Shown one piece after another: positions 47,682-57,455 of a stretch of DNA of 64,000 bases. Numbering within the stretch: the first letter of the stretch is position 1; every line of letters begins with the position of its first letter. The notes under the pieces were generated by a model. The model searched no databases. It was not told the DNA's origin and saw nothing but the letters and a program-made list of their open reading frames with translations. Location: assembly GCA_030612025.1 (NCBI GenBank), contig JAUWOR010000009.1, positions 1-64,000 on the forward strand, read 5' to 3'. The translations under genes were made by a program, and so were the position numbers. This DNA is from Dehalococcoidia bacterium. GTDB taxonomy: Bacteria > Chloroflexota > Dehalococcoidia > GIF9 > AB-539-J10.

Positions 47682-47913
47682 CCCACCCTTCTAAATCAAC
47701 AGGCTCAAATTCCTTCGTTATGTTAAGGCTTTCTTGTCTAGCAGATTTATAGCCTTCTTCCAGGAGCGTTTGGAGCTGTTCATTTTGAATCTTTTCAATC
47801 CTTTGTCTCAAAGTTTCAGCAATGAAACGGCTCTTCTTTCTGGTTCCAGCCAAGTTATCCAATTGCCGGGCAAGCTCTTCGGGAAGGGTGACATTCAATC
47901 GAACTGTACTCAT
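47671..47913 (-). CDS. RHH antitoxin
   Basis: RLNVTLPEEL...SRFI; LEEGY. Confidence 0.85.
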   Translation of the reverse strand: MSTVRLNVTLPEELARQLDNLAGTRKKSRFIAETLRQRIEKIQNEQLQTLLEEGYKSARQESLNITKEFEPVDLEGWDEY

Positions 47914-48138
47914 AATGCTCCTCCATATGACTAATTATTTTGCGTATTTATAATACACTATTTTAAAGGGGTTTATCAAGGGAAAGAGCAAAAATCAAAA
48001 CATGACAAATCCTAAACAATATTAAATGACCAAAATCCAAAGGAACTAAACGGCCTTGAATTTGAAATTTGGAAATTAGAATTTGTTTAGGATTTAGAAA
48101 CTTGAAAGGGAATGGAACAATTAGAAATCAGAGTAGGG

Positions 48139-48531
48139 TCATCCCAAGCGATCGAGTGTGAGGATCCCATACTCAAAGTCAAGTCCGATATTGAAATGAC
48201 GCAAGAAGTTAAGACCGATAACGCCATCAATGCCGTGCTCCTCGGGGAGGGTATAGATAAGCACATCGAGGTTATCGATTTTGGCGTCAGCCAGGCTGAA
48301 AGAGTTAAGGGTTACTTTGGGGACAAGGTGGCTTTGAGAGGCATTGCTAAAAGAGACATACTCGGATATCTTAGAAAGGCCATAACCAACTTGGGTTGCT
48401 GCTGCTTCAGAGATGATAGTGTAGGAGGAGCCACTATCAATGGCCATAATAAATATATGTCGGCTCTTGAATTCAAGGACACATTCAAACAGCAAAATAG
48501 GAGCATTGGGATCGAAGGGAATCCTGCTCAT
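48139..48531 (-). CDS. Retropepsin-like aspartyl protease
   Basis: IDSGSS catalytic motif; GVIGLNFL. Confidence 0.85.
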   Translation of the reverse strand: MSRIPFDPNAPILLFECVLEFKSRHIFIMAIDSGSSYTIISEAAATQVGYGLSKISEYVSFSNASQSHLVPKVTLNSFSLADAKIDNLDVLIYTLPEEHGIDGVIGLNFLRHFNIGLDFEYGILTLDRLG

Positions 48532-48761
48532 AAAACAACTGCCATGCCTTTTTTCGGTTTCGGGCCAGTGTAAATGCGGTAAGTATGATGATAAACGCCA
48601 ACCCTCTTATTCATAAATTCATCCAAAGCGGCTCGGCTGGGGCTATGAGCCAGAAGCTTACCCTTTATGGGGCGATTCAGCTCATCAGTCTCATAGACTT
48701 CAAACCAAAGCCATTCATCTGGGTATTGCTTTTCTACCTCAGGAACATCAAGGATTTCCAT
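48528..48761 (-). CDS. Small partner protein of the aspartyl protease (DUF5678-like)
   Basis: YPDEW..., GKLLAHSP; ATGA overlap with the protease. Confidence 0.75.
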   Translation of the reverse strand: MEILDVPEVEKQYPDEWLWFEVYETDELNRPIKGKLLAHSPSRAALDEFMNKRVGVYHHTYRIYTGPKPKKGMAVVL

Positions 48762-49236
48762 TAGGTATCACCTCCTTTGCTAACATAGCAGAAAGAAAAG
48801 CAATATGCAAAATGACAGAGGAAAGGAAAATTAAAGAGCAAAAGTAAAAATGCAAAATTGGGGAGGAATTCAGGAGTCAGGAGCCAGTAGTCAGTAGAGG
48901 GAAGGGGAGGCTACTGAATTCCGAATTCTGGCTACTGGCTACTAAGTTTTGACTTTTTATCTTTGAACTTTGAAATTGTTTAGGATTTTGTGCTTAGGAT
49001 TTAATCTCTGTAGGCTTATGCCTAATAACTTAATGTGTTCGCCGCACGACCCTAAAGGGTCGTACTACAAAGGGGAAGTTAATCGTAGTGGCGGAGTTCA
49101 TCTCCGCCTCAGGTCGGGGACAAGCCCCGACACTACGAGAACTAAGGTACTGAACGAGTACATTAGCTTGATTTTGACTCTCTTTTAAGTTATAGTAATA
49201 CCAAGAATATTTCAATATCAAATTGGAGGTAAGGGT

Positions 49237-49500
49237 ATGCCTAAAGTTGTAAACAGAACTGCCATTACTAAGAAATCCCAGATTACTTTGCCAAAGAAGG
49301 TAAGGGAGATTTTGAAAGTGAAACCTGGAGACCAGGTCAGTTTCCAGATAGAGGGTAACGAGGTCAAGGTCGTCCCTGTTCCTTCTTTGCTTAAGGAGAA
49401 CTTTGGCAAGGTAAAGCCAAGAAGAATGCCTGAAGAGTTTAAGGAGCTAAGAAGAGATTTTGAGGAAGGAGTTGGGAAGGAAGCCTTAAAGGGACTTTAA
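49237..49500 (+). CDS. AbrB/MazE antitoxin
   Basis: ITKKSQITLPKKVREIL. Confidence 0.88.
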   Translation: MPKVVNRTAITKKSQITLPKKVREILKVKPGDQVSFQIEGNEVKVVPVPSLLKENFGKVKPRRMPEEFKELRRDFEEGVGKEALKGL

Positions 49501-49505
49501 AGCTC

Positions 49506-49907
49506 ATGCGTTTTATAGATACAAACCTATTTCTTCGTTACTTCACCAGAGACGATGAGAAAAGGGCACAGGATGTCTTGGAATTGCTGAAGAGAGTGGA
49601 GAGGAACGAAGAGAAAGTTATTACCAGCCCTTTAGTGATTTTTGAGTTAGTATTTACTCTGGAGAGCTACTACAAAGTTCCAAGAAAGGAAATTAAAAAG
49701 CTTCTCCAACCTATTCTTGACCTCAGGGGTTTAAGATTGGATTTCAAGGACCTCCTTGAATCGGCACTGGAACTTTATTCCGAACAGAGAATCTCCTTTA
49801 CCGATGCCTTCAATGCTTGCTTTATGCAAAAAAGAAAAATTAAGGAAATATATAGTTTTGATGAAGATTTTGACAAAATAGAAGGAATTAAGCGAGTTAT
49901 CCCTTAA
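49506..49907 (+). CDS. vapC: VapC PIN toxin
   Basis: FIDTNLFLRY, SFTDA, YSFDEDFD. Confidence 0.9.
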   Translation: MRFIDTNLFLRYFTRDDEKRAQDVLELLKRVERNEEKVITSPLVIFELVFTLESYYKVPRKEIKKLLQPILDLRGLRLDFKDLLESALELYSEQRISFTDAFNACFMQKRKIKEIYSFDEDFDKIEGIKRVIP

Positions 49908-49981
49908 TCCTCTCGCTAATGAACCCTTGCCTGCGTTAGCAAAGACCCGCAGCTATATTATCAAGCCCAGCATAACCAATT

Positions 49982-50305
49982 GTAGTGGCGGAGTTCATCT
50001 CCGCCTCAGGTCAGGGACAAGCCCCGACACTACGAGGCTCATTTGGGTTGCAATGACGCAAAGGCAAGGCCTGGGAATGGCGCCGCGGGTTTTGAATGAC
50101 AGCCTCTCTTTGTCACCCTGAACCGAAGCCCTGAGCGTAGCAAAGGGGCTGGTGAAGGGTCTCAGAGATTCTTCGCTTCGCTCAGAATGACATTGCTTGG
50201 GGGTTAGAGTGACATAAAGCAAGGGGCTCACAACTATCCCACAGGGATTGCTTCGGCACTCTTTGTGCCTCGCAATGACAAAAAAGAGGAGGCCTCGCAA
50301 TGACA
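49982..50305. repeat. Stacked REP-like palindromes
   Basis: GTAG REP duplicating 49084-49139; several GTCA..GAG/CTC..ATGAC units. Confidence 0.8.
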
Positions 50306-50378
50306 AGAAAGGAAGTCATGGGGCACTAATCGTATGAACGAGTACAGAGTATTGCCTATTTGCCCAGGATTCATGTAT

Positions 50379-50400
50379 ACTTAAGTCCTAGGACTTAAGT
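50379..50400. promoter_or_regulatory. Perfect 22-bp palindrome before the DUF5658-like gene
   Basis: ACTTAAGTCCTAGGACTTAAGT. Confidence 0.55.
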
Positions 50401-50401
50401 C

Positions 50402-50710
50402 GTGACAAGGCTTAGATTACTAGTTGCTGAAGCAAACTTAAGGAAGGGCATCCTGCTTGGCATTGCTTTTGTCGGGTTAAATATCCTCGATGCCCGACTG
50501 ACGGGAACCGCTCTAGTACTTGGAGCTAGTGAGTTGAACCCCATTGCTGCCACAGGATTTGGCAGCAGCATGTTGCTTAAGGGGCTGCTCTCCCTGGCAA
50601 TAGTTATAGCTCTGGTTTTGCTTAAGCGAGGCAAGTTATTGAAGCCGTTGGATCTGGGGATGCTCCTTATTGTCCTGTGGAATGGTCTTGCCATCTGGTC
50701 ATGGAGCTAG
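50402..50710 (+). CDS. DUF5658-like small membrane protein
   Basis: LNILDA.LT...GA.ELNP pattern; 3 TM segments. Confidence 0.75.
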   Translation: MTRLRLLVAEANLRKGILLGIAFVGLNILDARLTGTALVLGASELNPIAATGFGSSMLLKGLLSLAIVIALVLLKRGKLLKPLDLGMLLIVLWNGLAIWSWS

Positions 50711-50930
50711 TGATATAAGCACAACTGAGTGCTCTTAAGGCCGGGAGGGTGTTTACTAATCGGCAAAAAAGTCACTCTGAGCGTAGCGAAGAATGTCCAG
50801 ATTCCTTGCCGGGCCTGTCCTGAAGGAGATTCTTCGGTCGCCTTGCTCCCTCAGAATGACAAATAGGGTTGCTAAATAGCCCTACGACGAGTCTTTTGTC
50901 TTTATGCCCATCAGGAATTACAATAAAAGC

Positions 50931-52367
50931 ATGCGTGATCAATTTGTCGAGGCTTTAAAGGGGCATAAGGCTGATTATATTGAAGCTCATTTTGAGGAGA
51001 GCGAAGCCACTCACATTGTTTACCGCGGTGAAAGGTTGGAGGAGGTAAACAGGACGCGTAGCTCTGGAGGAAATGTGCGTGCTTTGGTTAAAGGCGGCTG
51101 GGGATTTGTTAGCTTTAATAGCTTCAATAAGTTAAGGGATAAGGTGGCTCTGGCAGTGGAGGAGGCAAGATTGGCTAGCAGGGAAGAGCTTAAGCTTTCC
51201 TTAGGGGAGCCTGTGGTGGATGTGGTGGCTCAATTTCACCCTCACCCTTCGCTGACCCTTCGCTATGCTCAGGGCTTCGACTCAGGGCAGGCTCTTAGTC
51301 CTCTCCCATCAAGGGAGAGGAGGGACTCGGCAACTGTGCCATTAGCAGCAAAGAAGGAACTTCTTGATGAATACAACGATATTATGTTAAGCGCTGGTAA
51401 GATTCAAAGCACAAGAATTGCTTATCGTGATGTCAGGCGCAAAGTTATTTTTGCCAGTTCTGAAGGGAGTTACATAGAGCAAAGTAAGCCGGACCTCATC
51501 TTGCGATTGACAGCCATAGCCAGGGAGAATAATGAAGTTCAGCAGGCCGGGTTGAGTTTGGGCAGTAATGGTGATTTTTCCGTGATAGAAGGTTTGCATC
51601 ACCAGGTGAGGGAGCTAGCCAGGCGCGCCGCGGCCCTTCTTCATGCTTCTCAAGTGAAAGGAGGCGAATATACCGTAATTTTAGACCCAATTTTAGCCGG
51701 AGTTTTTGTTCACGAGGCATTTGGACATTTATCGGAGTCGGATTTCGTTTACCAGAATGAGCAGCTACGCAACATCATGGCTTTAGGGCGAAGATTTGGT
51801 GGCAGGCACCTTAATATTGTTGATGATGCCACTATTCCTAATTTGAGGGGAAGCTATAAATATGATGATGAAGGGATGCCGGCATCGAGAACCTACTTGA
51901 TTCACGAGGGCATTCTGGTGGGAAGGCTTCATTCTCGAGAGACAGCGGCTAAAATGGGAGAGCCACCTACGGGGAACGCTCGTGCCATTAATTATCACTT
52001 TCCTCCTATAGTGCGGATGACTAATACCTTTATTGAGCCCGGCAATTCGTCTTTTGAAGGAATGCGTGGTGACATCAAAGAGGGTGTGTATGTCAAGGAC
52101 TGGTATGGAGGAACGACTAGCTTAGAGATGTTCACCTTTTCCGCCGGGGAAGCCTACATGATTCGCCAGGGGAAATTGGCAGAGCTGCTACGTCCAGTGG
52201 TGCTAAGCGGCAACGTTTTTGTTACCCTGGGCAATATAGATGCTGTGGGCAGCGACCTGAAGATGAATCAGGGGGGAGGTTGCGGCAAGGGAGGGCAATC
52301 TCCCTTACCTGTGTCCAATGGTAGCCCGCATATTAGAGTTCGCTGTTGCCTAGTTGGAGGAAAATGA
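50931..52367 (+). CDS. tldD: TldD metalloprotease with in-frame repeat insertion
   Basis: HEAFGH, DDEG, RMTNT, CGKGGQ. Confidence 0.93.
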   Translation: MRDQFVEALKGHKADYIEAHFEESEATHIVYRGERLEEVNRTRSSGGNVRALVKGGWGFVSFNSFNKLRDKVALAVEEARLASREELKLSLGEPVVDVVAQFHPHPSLTLRYAQGFDSGQALSPLPSRERRDSATVPLAAKKELLDEYNDIMLSAGKIQSTRIAYRDVRRKVIFASSEGSYIEQSKPDLILRLTAIARENNEVQQAGLSLGSNGDFSVIEGLHHQVRELARRAAALLHASQVKGGEYTVILDPILAGVFVHEAFGHLSESDFVYQNEQLRNIMALGRRFGGRHLNIVDDATIPNLRGSYKYDDEGMPASRTYLIHEGILVGRLHSRETAAKMGEPPTGNARAINYHFPPIVRMTNTFIEPGNSSFEGMRGDIKEGVYVKDWYGGTTSLEMFTFSAGEAYMIRQGKLAELLRPVVLSGNVFVTLGNIDAVGSDLKMNQGGGCGKGGQSPLPVSNGSPHIRVRCCLVGGK

Positions 52368-52515
52368 AAATAAAAAATAAAAGATAAAAATGCAAAATGA
52401 CAAGGCAAAATTTAAAAATGAATTTAAGGGCCGCGTCTACAAATTTGCATTGGGTGTAACAGAATCCATGGAGGAGAATAAAGGTTTTGACTTTTGACAT
52501 TGTTTAGGATTTAAG
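52365..52515 (+). mobile_element. Heptamer-flanked element carrying a four-helix-bundle gene remnant
   Basis: A-rich and T-rich heptamer arms around MQNDKAKFKNEFKGRVYKFAL (from 52390). Confidence 0.6.
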
Positions 52516-53889
52516 ATGGGACGCTCTTTACCCTTGGAGATTCTTCACGCCGCTCAGAAAGTGGCTGAGCAAGCTGAGGTTTTTTGGGTTTCTACTCAGG
52601 AAACGCCAGTTGATTTTGAAGCTAATAAGCTGAAGCAAATTCAGAATAAAGAAAGCACCAGCGTTGCCCTGCGGATTTTCCGAGGGGGCCGGATTGGCTA
52701 TTCAGCAGCCAGCGGTCCTGACGGGGCAGGGAAAAAGGGTTCACCCTCACCTAACCTCTCCCTTCGAGGGAGAGGGATCTTAAGGGATTTGCTCGATATG
52801 GCTGTGGAAACGGCTCAGTTTGGTAGTCCAGCTAGTTTTACCTTCCCTTCCTTAAAGGATTATCCTGAAGTGAGCATCTTTGATAGTCAAGTGGAAAAGA
52901 TGCCTATGGAGGAAATGATTGAGCTTGGCAATCAGCTTATAGCCAGGGTCAGGGAATATGCTCCCGATATCCTTTGCGATGTTAGAGTGACTAAAGGAAC
53001 AGGCTCAGTCCAGATAATCAATTCCCAAGGTGGTGAAGCGAGTTATGCCAAAAGCTTCTTCAGCCTTAGCCTGGAAGGCATCCTTATTCAGGATACAGAC
53101 ATGCTTTTTGTTGCTGATAGTAAAAGCTCATGTTGTTTGCCTGATAAGCTTGATGTTGTGGCTGATAGGGTGATCAGGCAATTAGAGCTAGCTAAAGAAA
53201 AGGCTGCTGTTTCTGGGGTTAAGTTATTACCGGTGGTTTTTACTCCTCGTGGGGTGGCTAGCGCTTTTTTAAGTCCCATAGAGGTGGCTTTTGATGGTAA
53301 GGCTATCCTTGAAGGAGCCTCGCCATTGAAAGATAAGTTAGGAGAGCAAGTTTTTGACAATGGGCTTAGCTTATGGGATGATGCTACTACAGCTTATGGT
53401 ATAGGGAGTTCTCCTTGTGATGATGAAGGGATGCCCAGTCAACGCACAGCGCTTATCAAAAATGGAGTAGTGTCGAATTTCTTATATGATTTACAAACAG
53501 CGGCTTTAGCTGGCACTCAAAGCACCGGCAATGGTAGGCGAAGTGGGGCTAGTTTTCCTAAACCAGCGATAAGTTCCCTTGTTATAGATGAGGGAGGTGT
53601 TTCCTTTGAAGCTATGGTGGAGGATATGAAGGAGGGTTTAATTGTCGAGCAACTTATCGGAGCTGACCAGGGTAACCTCTTAGGTGGTGATTTCGGCGGC
53701 AATGTTTTGTTGGGATATAAAGTAGAAAATGGGAGAATAGTAGGACGAGTAAAGGATACTATGATTTCGGGGAATATCTATCAAGTTTTGGCTCGTCTTC
53801 TTGGTGTAGGTAGTGAGGCAAGGTGGGTTGATGGGGTTTTGCGGACTCCGCACTTATATTGCTCACGCCTATCAGTGGCGGCAAAATAA
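52516..53889 (+). CDS. pmbA: PmbA/TldE protein with in-frame repeat insertion
   Basis: DDEG, STGNG, GDFG; lacks HExxH; follows tldD. Confidence 0.9.
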   Translation: MGRSLPLEILHAAQKVAEQAEVFWVSTQETPVDFEANKLKQIQNKESTSVALRIFRGGRIGYSAASGPDGAGKKGSPSPNLSLRGRGILRDLLDMAVETAQFGSPASFTFPSLKDYPEVSIFDSQVEKMPMEEMIELGNQLIARVREYAPDILCDVRVTKGTGSVQIINSQGGEASYAKSFFSLSLEGILIQDTDMLFVADSKSSCCLPDKLDVVADRVIRQLELAKEKAAVSGVKLLPVVFTPRGVASAFLSPIEVAFDGKAILEGASPLKDKLGEQVFDNGLSLWDDATTAYGIGSSPCDDEGMPSQRTALIKNGVVSNFLYDLQTAALAGTQSTGNGRRSGASFPKPAISSLVIDEGGVSFEAMVEDMKEGLIVEQLIGADQGNLLGGDFGGNVLLGYKVENGRIVGRVKDTMISGNIYQVLARLLGVGSEARWVDGVLRTPHLYCSRLSVAAK

Positions 53890-53901
53890 AAAAGAGAGAG
53901 A

Positions 53902-54723
53902 GTGCTGAAAGAAATGAAGGAGATAATGAAGGGTGCAATAAGGCTTTATAGCCACCCACGTCCTAAGAGCTGTGCGATGTTTGCTTCTTGGCCAGGCATC
54001 GGTGATGTTTCCTTAATAGCGGCGAAGTACTTAAAGGAAAAGCTAAAAGCCGTGGAAATAGGGGAAATCGAAGCGGTCAATTTCTTCGAGCCGGTGGGTG
54101 TTACGGTGGAAGACAATGTGGTTGAAAGCCCTCGTTTTCCCGAGAGCAAGTTTTACTACTGGCAGGATAGAAAGACCAAGAAAGGCTTGGTGTTGTTTAT
54201 TGGTGAAGAGCAGCCTAGTTCTAAGGGGTATGAATTGGTTAATTGCATTTTGGATGTGGCCGAGAAGCTCAGAGTAGGGAGGGTGTATAGTTGTGCTGCC
54301 GCGGTAACTCGGATTCATCATAGCGAGGAAGCGCAAGTCTGGGGAGTAGCGACGAAGCGAGAGTTAATCAGTGAGTTAAGTAAGCACAATGTTATTCTTA
54401 GAGGCGATCTCCGCATCGCCGGGTTGAACGGATTAATTTTAGGCATAGCCAAGGAGCGAGATATTGATGGCATTTGCTTGCTTGGTGAGGTGCCGGTGTA
54501 TGCTACCCAAGTAGCAAACCCCAAAGCTTCCTTGGCTGTGGTCAGGGTGCTAACCGGAATGCTGGGAATTGACATTGACCTGACAGAGCTCAGCAATCTG
54601 GCCAAGCAAACGAGTAAGGAGATGGAGAGGCTCGCTAAGCAAGCTACGGCTGAATTCATTGACCGCTTCACTGAACCTATTTGGGAGCGAGAAGAAGAAG
54701 AGGAGGAGGAGGAGGAGGAGTAA
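53902..54723 (+). CDS. PAC2-family protein with poly-Glu tail
   Basis: WPGIGDV, IAGLNGLILG, CLLGE, NPKAS. Confidence 0.88.
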   Translation: MLKEMKEIMKGAIRLYSHPRPKSCAMFASWPGIGDVSLIAAKYLKEKLKAVEIGEIEAVNFFEPVGVTVEDNVVESPRFPESKFYYWQDRKTKKGLVLFIGEEQPSSKGYELVNCILDVAEKLRVGRVYSCAAAVTRIHHSEEAQVWGVATKRELISELSKHNVILRGDLRIAGLNGLILGIAKERDIDGICLLGEVPVYATQVANPKASLAVVRVLTGMLGIDIDLTELSNLAKQTSKEMERLAKQATAEFIDRFTEPIWEREEEEEEEEEE

Positions 54724-54973
54724 TAATACAGTCTATATGTGACGACATAGATACTTGCGTACAGGAAAGGATACAGACAAATTCTAAATACTAAGCAATA
54801 TCAAAATTCAAAGATAAAAAATCAAAGTGACAAATCAAAATGCAAAGATACCTTTTTAACTTTTGCTCTTTTATTGTTTCACATACTGCGATTTGTTTAG
54901 CATTTCGTGCTTAGGATTTAGGATGCTATATATAAATTGACCACCAAGGCTATGCGTGTTATTATCGAGTTAG

Positions 54974-55567
54974 ATGTCAGCTTTGACCGAGCTTTACCAG
55001 GAAATTGCCAATTGTCGAGCTTGCGAGCTAGTTAAGTATCGCACCAAAGTAGTACCTGGTGAGGGTCCTGAGGATGCCGACTTGCTTTTTATTGGTGAGG
55101 CGCCAGGATGGCATGAAGACCAGCAAGGGCGCCCCTTTGTGGGACCAGCGGGAGCATTTCTGGACCAGCTATTGGCTTCAATTGGCTTATCCCGGGAGCA
55201 GGTTTACATTGCCAATGTAATTAAATGTCGCCCTCCCCAAAATCGTGACCCGCTACCGGCTGAGACACAAGCTTGCCGCAAGTGGCTCGATCGCCAAATA
55301 GAGATAATCCACCCAAGAATGATTATCACCTTAGGCCGTTATTCTTTGGCCAGGTATTTCCCTGACGAGAACATAGGAAAGATTCACGGAAAGGCGCGAA
55401 AAGTGGCTGATATTATTTATTATCCTATGTATCATCCCGCCGCTGCCCTCCACCAGGGCAGTCTGCGTAGAATTATTGAGGCTGACATGCTTCAGATTCC
55501 GCGAGTGCTGGTTCAAGGTGAAAGAATAGCTGAAGCTGTAGAATCTCAGCAATTGAGCTTATTTTAG
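54974..55567 (+). CDS. Uracil-DNA glycosylase family 4
   Basis: GEAPG, GRPFVG, KCRPP, YHPAA; Fe-S cysteines. Confidence 0.95.
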   Translation: MSALTELYQEIANCRACELVKYRTKVVPGEGPEDADLLFIGEAPGWHEDQQGRPFVGPAGAFLDQLLASIGLSREQVYIANVIKCRPPQNRDPLPAETQACRKWLDRQIEIIHPRMIITLGRYSLARYFPDENIGKIHGKARKVADIIYYPMYHPAAALHQGSLRRIIEADMLQIPRVLVQGERIAEAVESQQLSLF

Positions 55568-55576
55568 ATTAAGGCA

Positions 55577-57451
55577 ATGTCAGCACAGAGATTGGAAATG
55601 TCATTCAGCCACTCCACCTGTCATTCTGAGCCCTTCGCCTCTCGTCATTCTGAGGGAGCAAAGCGACCGAAGAATCTTGCTCAGGGCAAACTCCGTGAAG
55701 GCGAAGAATCTCACACCGCTCAGGACAGGCTCCGTGAAGAATCTAGACCCTTTGCTATCGCTCAGGGTGACAGACTAAAGAATAAAAAGTTAAGGATAAT
55801 TCCTTTAGGTGGACTGGGTGAGGTTGGTAAGAACATGATGGTCCTGGAATATGCCGATGACATTGTGGTTATTGATGCCGGGCTCATGTTTCCTAGCGAA
55901 GAAATGCTAGGGGTTGACTTACTTATTCCAGATATCAACTATGTTCTCCAAAGAAAGCAAAATCTAAGAGGCATTATCATTACTCATGGGCATGAGGACC
56001 ATATTGGCGCCTTGCCTTACGTTCTGCCTCAGCTTAACCCTCCTATTTATGCCACCAAGCTCGCCGGGAGGTTGATTTCTACTGAGCTTAAACAGCGTGG
56101 AGTGAAAGGTAGGGCAAAGATAAATGTAGTTCACGCTGGTAGTAGGATTACATTAGGCAATTTTACCGTAGAGTTTTTTCCTGTCTGCCATAGCATTCCT
56201 GATTCTATGGGGCTGATCATTCATACCCCGGTAGGCATGGTAGTTCATAGTGGTGATTTTAAGCTTGATTATACCCCTGTGATTGGTGAGACGACTGACC
56301 TCAACCAATTAGCTTGGCTGGGAAGAAAAGGGGTTTTACTTCTCCTTTCCGACTCCACTTATGTTGAGCTTTCTGGATATACCCCTTCTGAGAGGGTGGT
56401 CAGTGATGCGCTGGACCATATTATGATGGAAGCTTCAGGAAGGGTAATTGTAACTACATTCTCCTCCCTTATCTCTCGCATTCAGCAGGTGATTGATGTC
56501 GCTGCCAAGCGCGGTCGTCGCGTATTTATCACTGGTCGCAGCATGGAGGAGATAGTAAAGGTGGCAGCGGAAATGGGTTATCTTGTTATCCCTCCGGACG
56601 TCCTTTGCCGTTCTGATGAACTTAAACATTTGCCTCATAATCGGGTAGTCATTTTGACTACCGGAAGTCAAGGTGAGCCTACCTCTGCCCTGGTACGTAT
56701 GGCTAATCGAGACCATCGTCAAGTCCAAATCGTCCCTGGCGACACAGTGGTAATGTCAGCCACCCCTGTTCCTGGGAATGAGGCACTAGTTAACAAGACT
56801 ATAGACAGCCTCTTTCGGCAAGGCGCTAATGTGATTTATGAGAAATTGTCTCAAGTTCACGTTCATGGACATGGCAGCCAAGAGGAGTTAAAGCTTTTAT
56901 TTAATTTGGTTAAACCTAAGTTCTTCGTACCTATTCACGGTGAGTATCGCCATTTGAGCTTGCATGCCAGGTTGGTCCGGAGCTTGGGTATGCCAGAAGA
57001 TAATACTTTCGTTCTCGAGGATGGAGATATACTTGAGCTAGGGCAGGAGACTGGGAAAATCGTGGGTAAAGTTCCCATAGGTAATGTCTATGTGAATGGT
57101 TTGGTAACCGGTGAGCTGGATAGTACTATGCTTCGTGACCGCAAATTGCTTTCGCGAGATGGCATTGTGGTGGTAACCCTTGCTATCGATGCCCAAAGGG
57201 GCAAATTAGTGGGAAGGCCCTGTATTATAACACGGGGTTTTGTTGATGCTGGAGAGAGCCAGACATTAATAGAGAAGAGCCAAGATGTGGTGATAGCTGC
57301 TCTGAATCATGATAAAAAGCACTCATTTGGGCCAGGAAGGTTATCACAAGTGAGCAATCTTGAGGCCAAAGTAAGGAATTCTTTGACCAAATTTCTTTAT
57401 GAGCAGACTCATCGCCGTCCCATTATTATCCCTATAATTATGGAGGTATAG
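55577..57451 (+). CDS. rnj: Ribonuclease J with repeat-derived N-terminal extension
   Basis: PLGGLGEVGKN, THGHEDHIGA, GSQGEP, HVHGH. Confidence 0.93.
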   Translation: MSAQRLEMSFSHSTCHSEPFASRHSEGAKRPKNLAQGKLREGEESHTAQDRLREESRPFAIAQGDRLKNKKLRIIPLGGLGEVGKNMMVLEYADDIVVIDAGLMFPSEEMLGVDLLIPDINYVLQRKQNLRGIIITHGHEDHIGALPYVLPQLNPPIYATKLAGRLISTELKQRGVKGRAKINVVHAGSRITLGNFTVEFFPVCHSIPDSMGLIIHTPVGMVVHSGDFKLDYTPVIGETTDLNQLAWLGRKGVLLLLSDSTYVELSGYTPSERVVSDALDHIMMEASGRVIVTTFSSLISRIQQVIDVAAKRGRRVFITGRSMEEIVKVAAEMGYLVIPPDVLCRSDELKHLPHNRVVILTTGSQGEPTSALVRMANRDHRQVQIVPGDTVVMSATPVPGNEALVNKTIDSLFRQGANVIYEKLSQVHVHGHGSQEELKLLFNLVKPKFFVPIHGEYRHLSLHARLVRSLGMPEDNTFVLEDGDILELGQETGKIVGKVPIGNVYVNGLVTGELDSTMLRDRKLLSRDGIVVVTLAIDAQRGKLVGRPCIITRGFVDAGESQTLIEKSQDVVIAALNHDKKHSFGPGRLSQVSNLEAKVRNSLTKFLYEQTHRRPIIIPIIMEV

Positions 57452-57455
57452 CTCT

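Noticed and set aside
49152-49162. GAACGAGTAC as a LexA box
   Set aside because: Spacing is GAAC-N2-GTAC rather than the N4 of Gram-positive-type SOS boxes.
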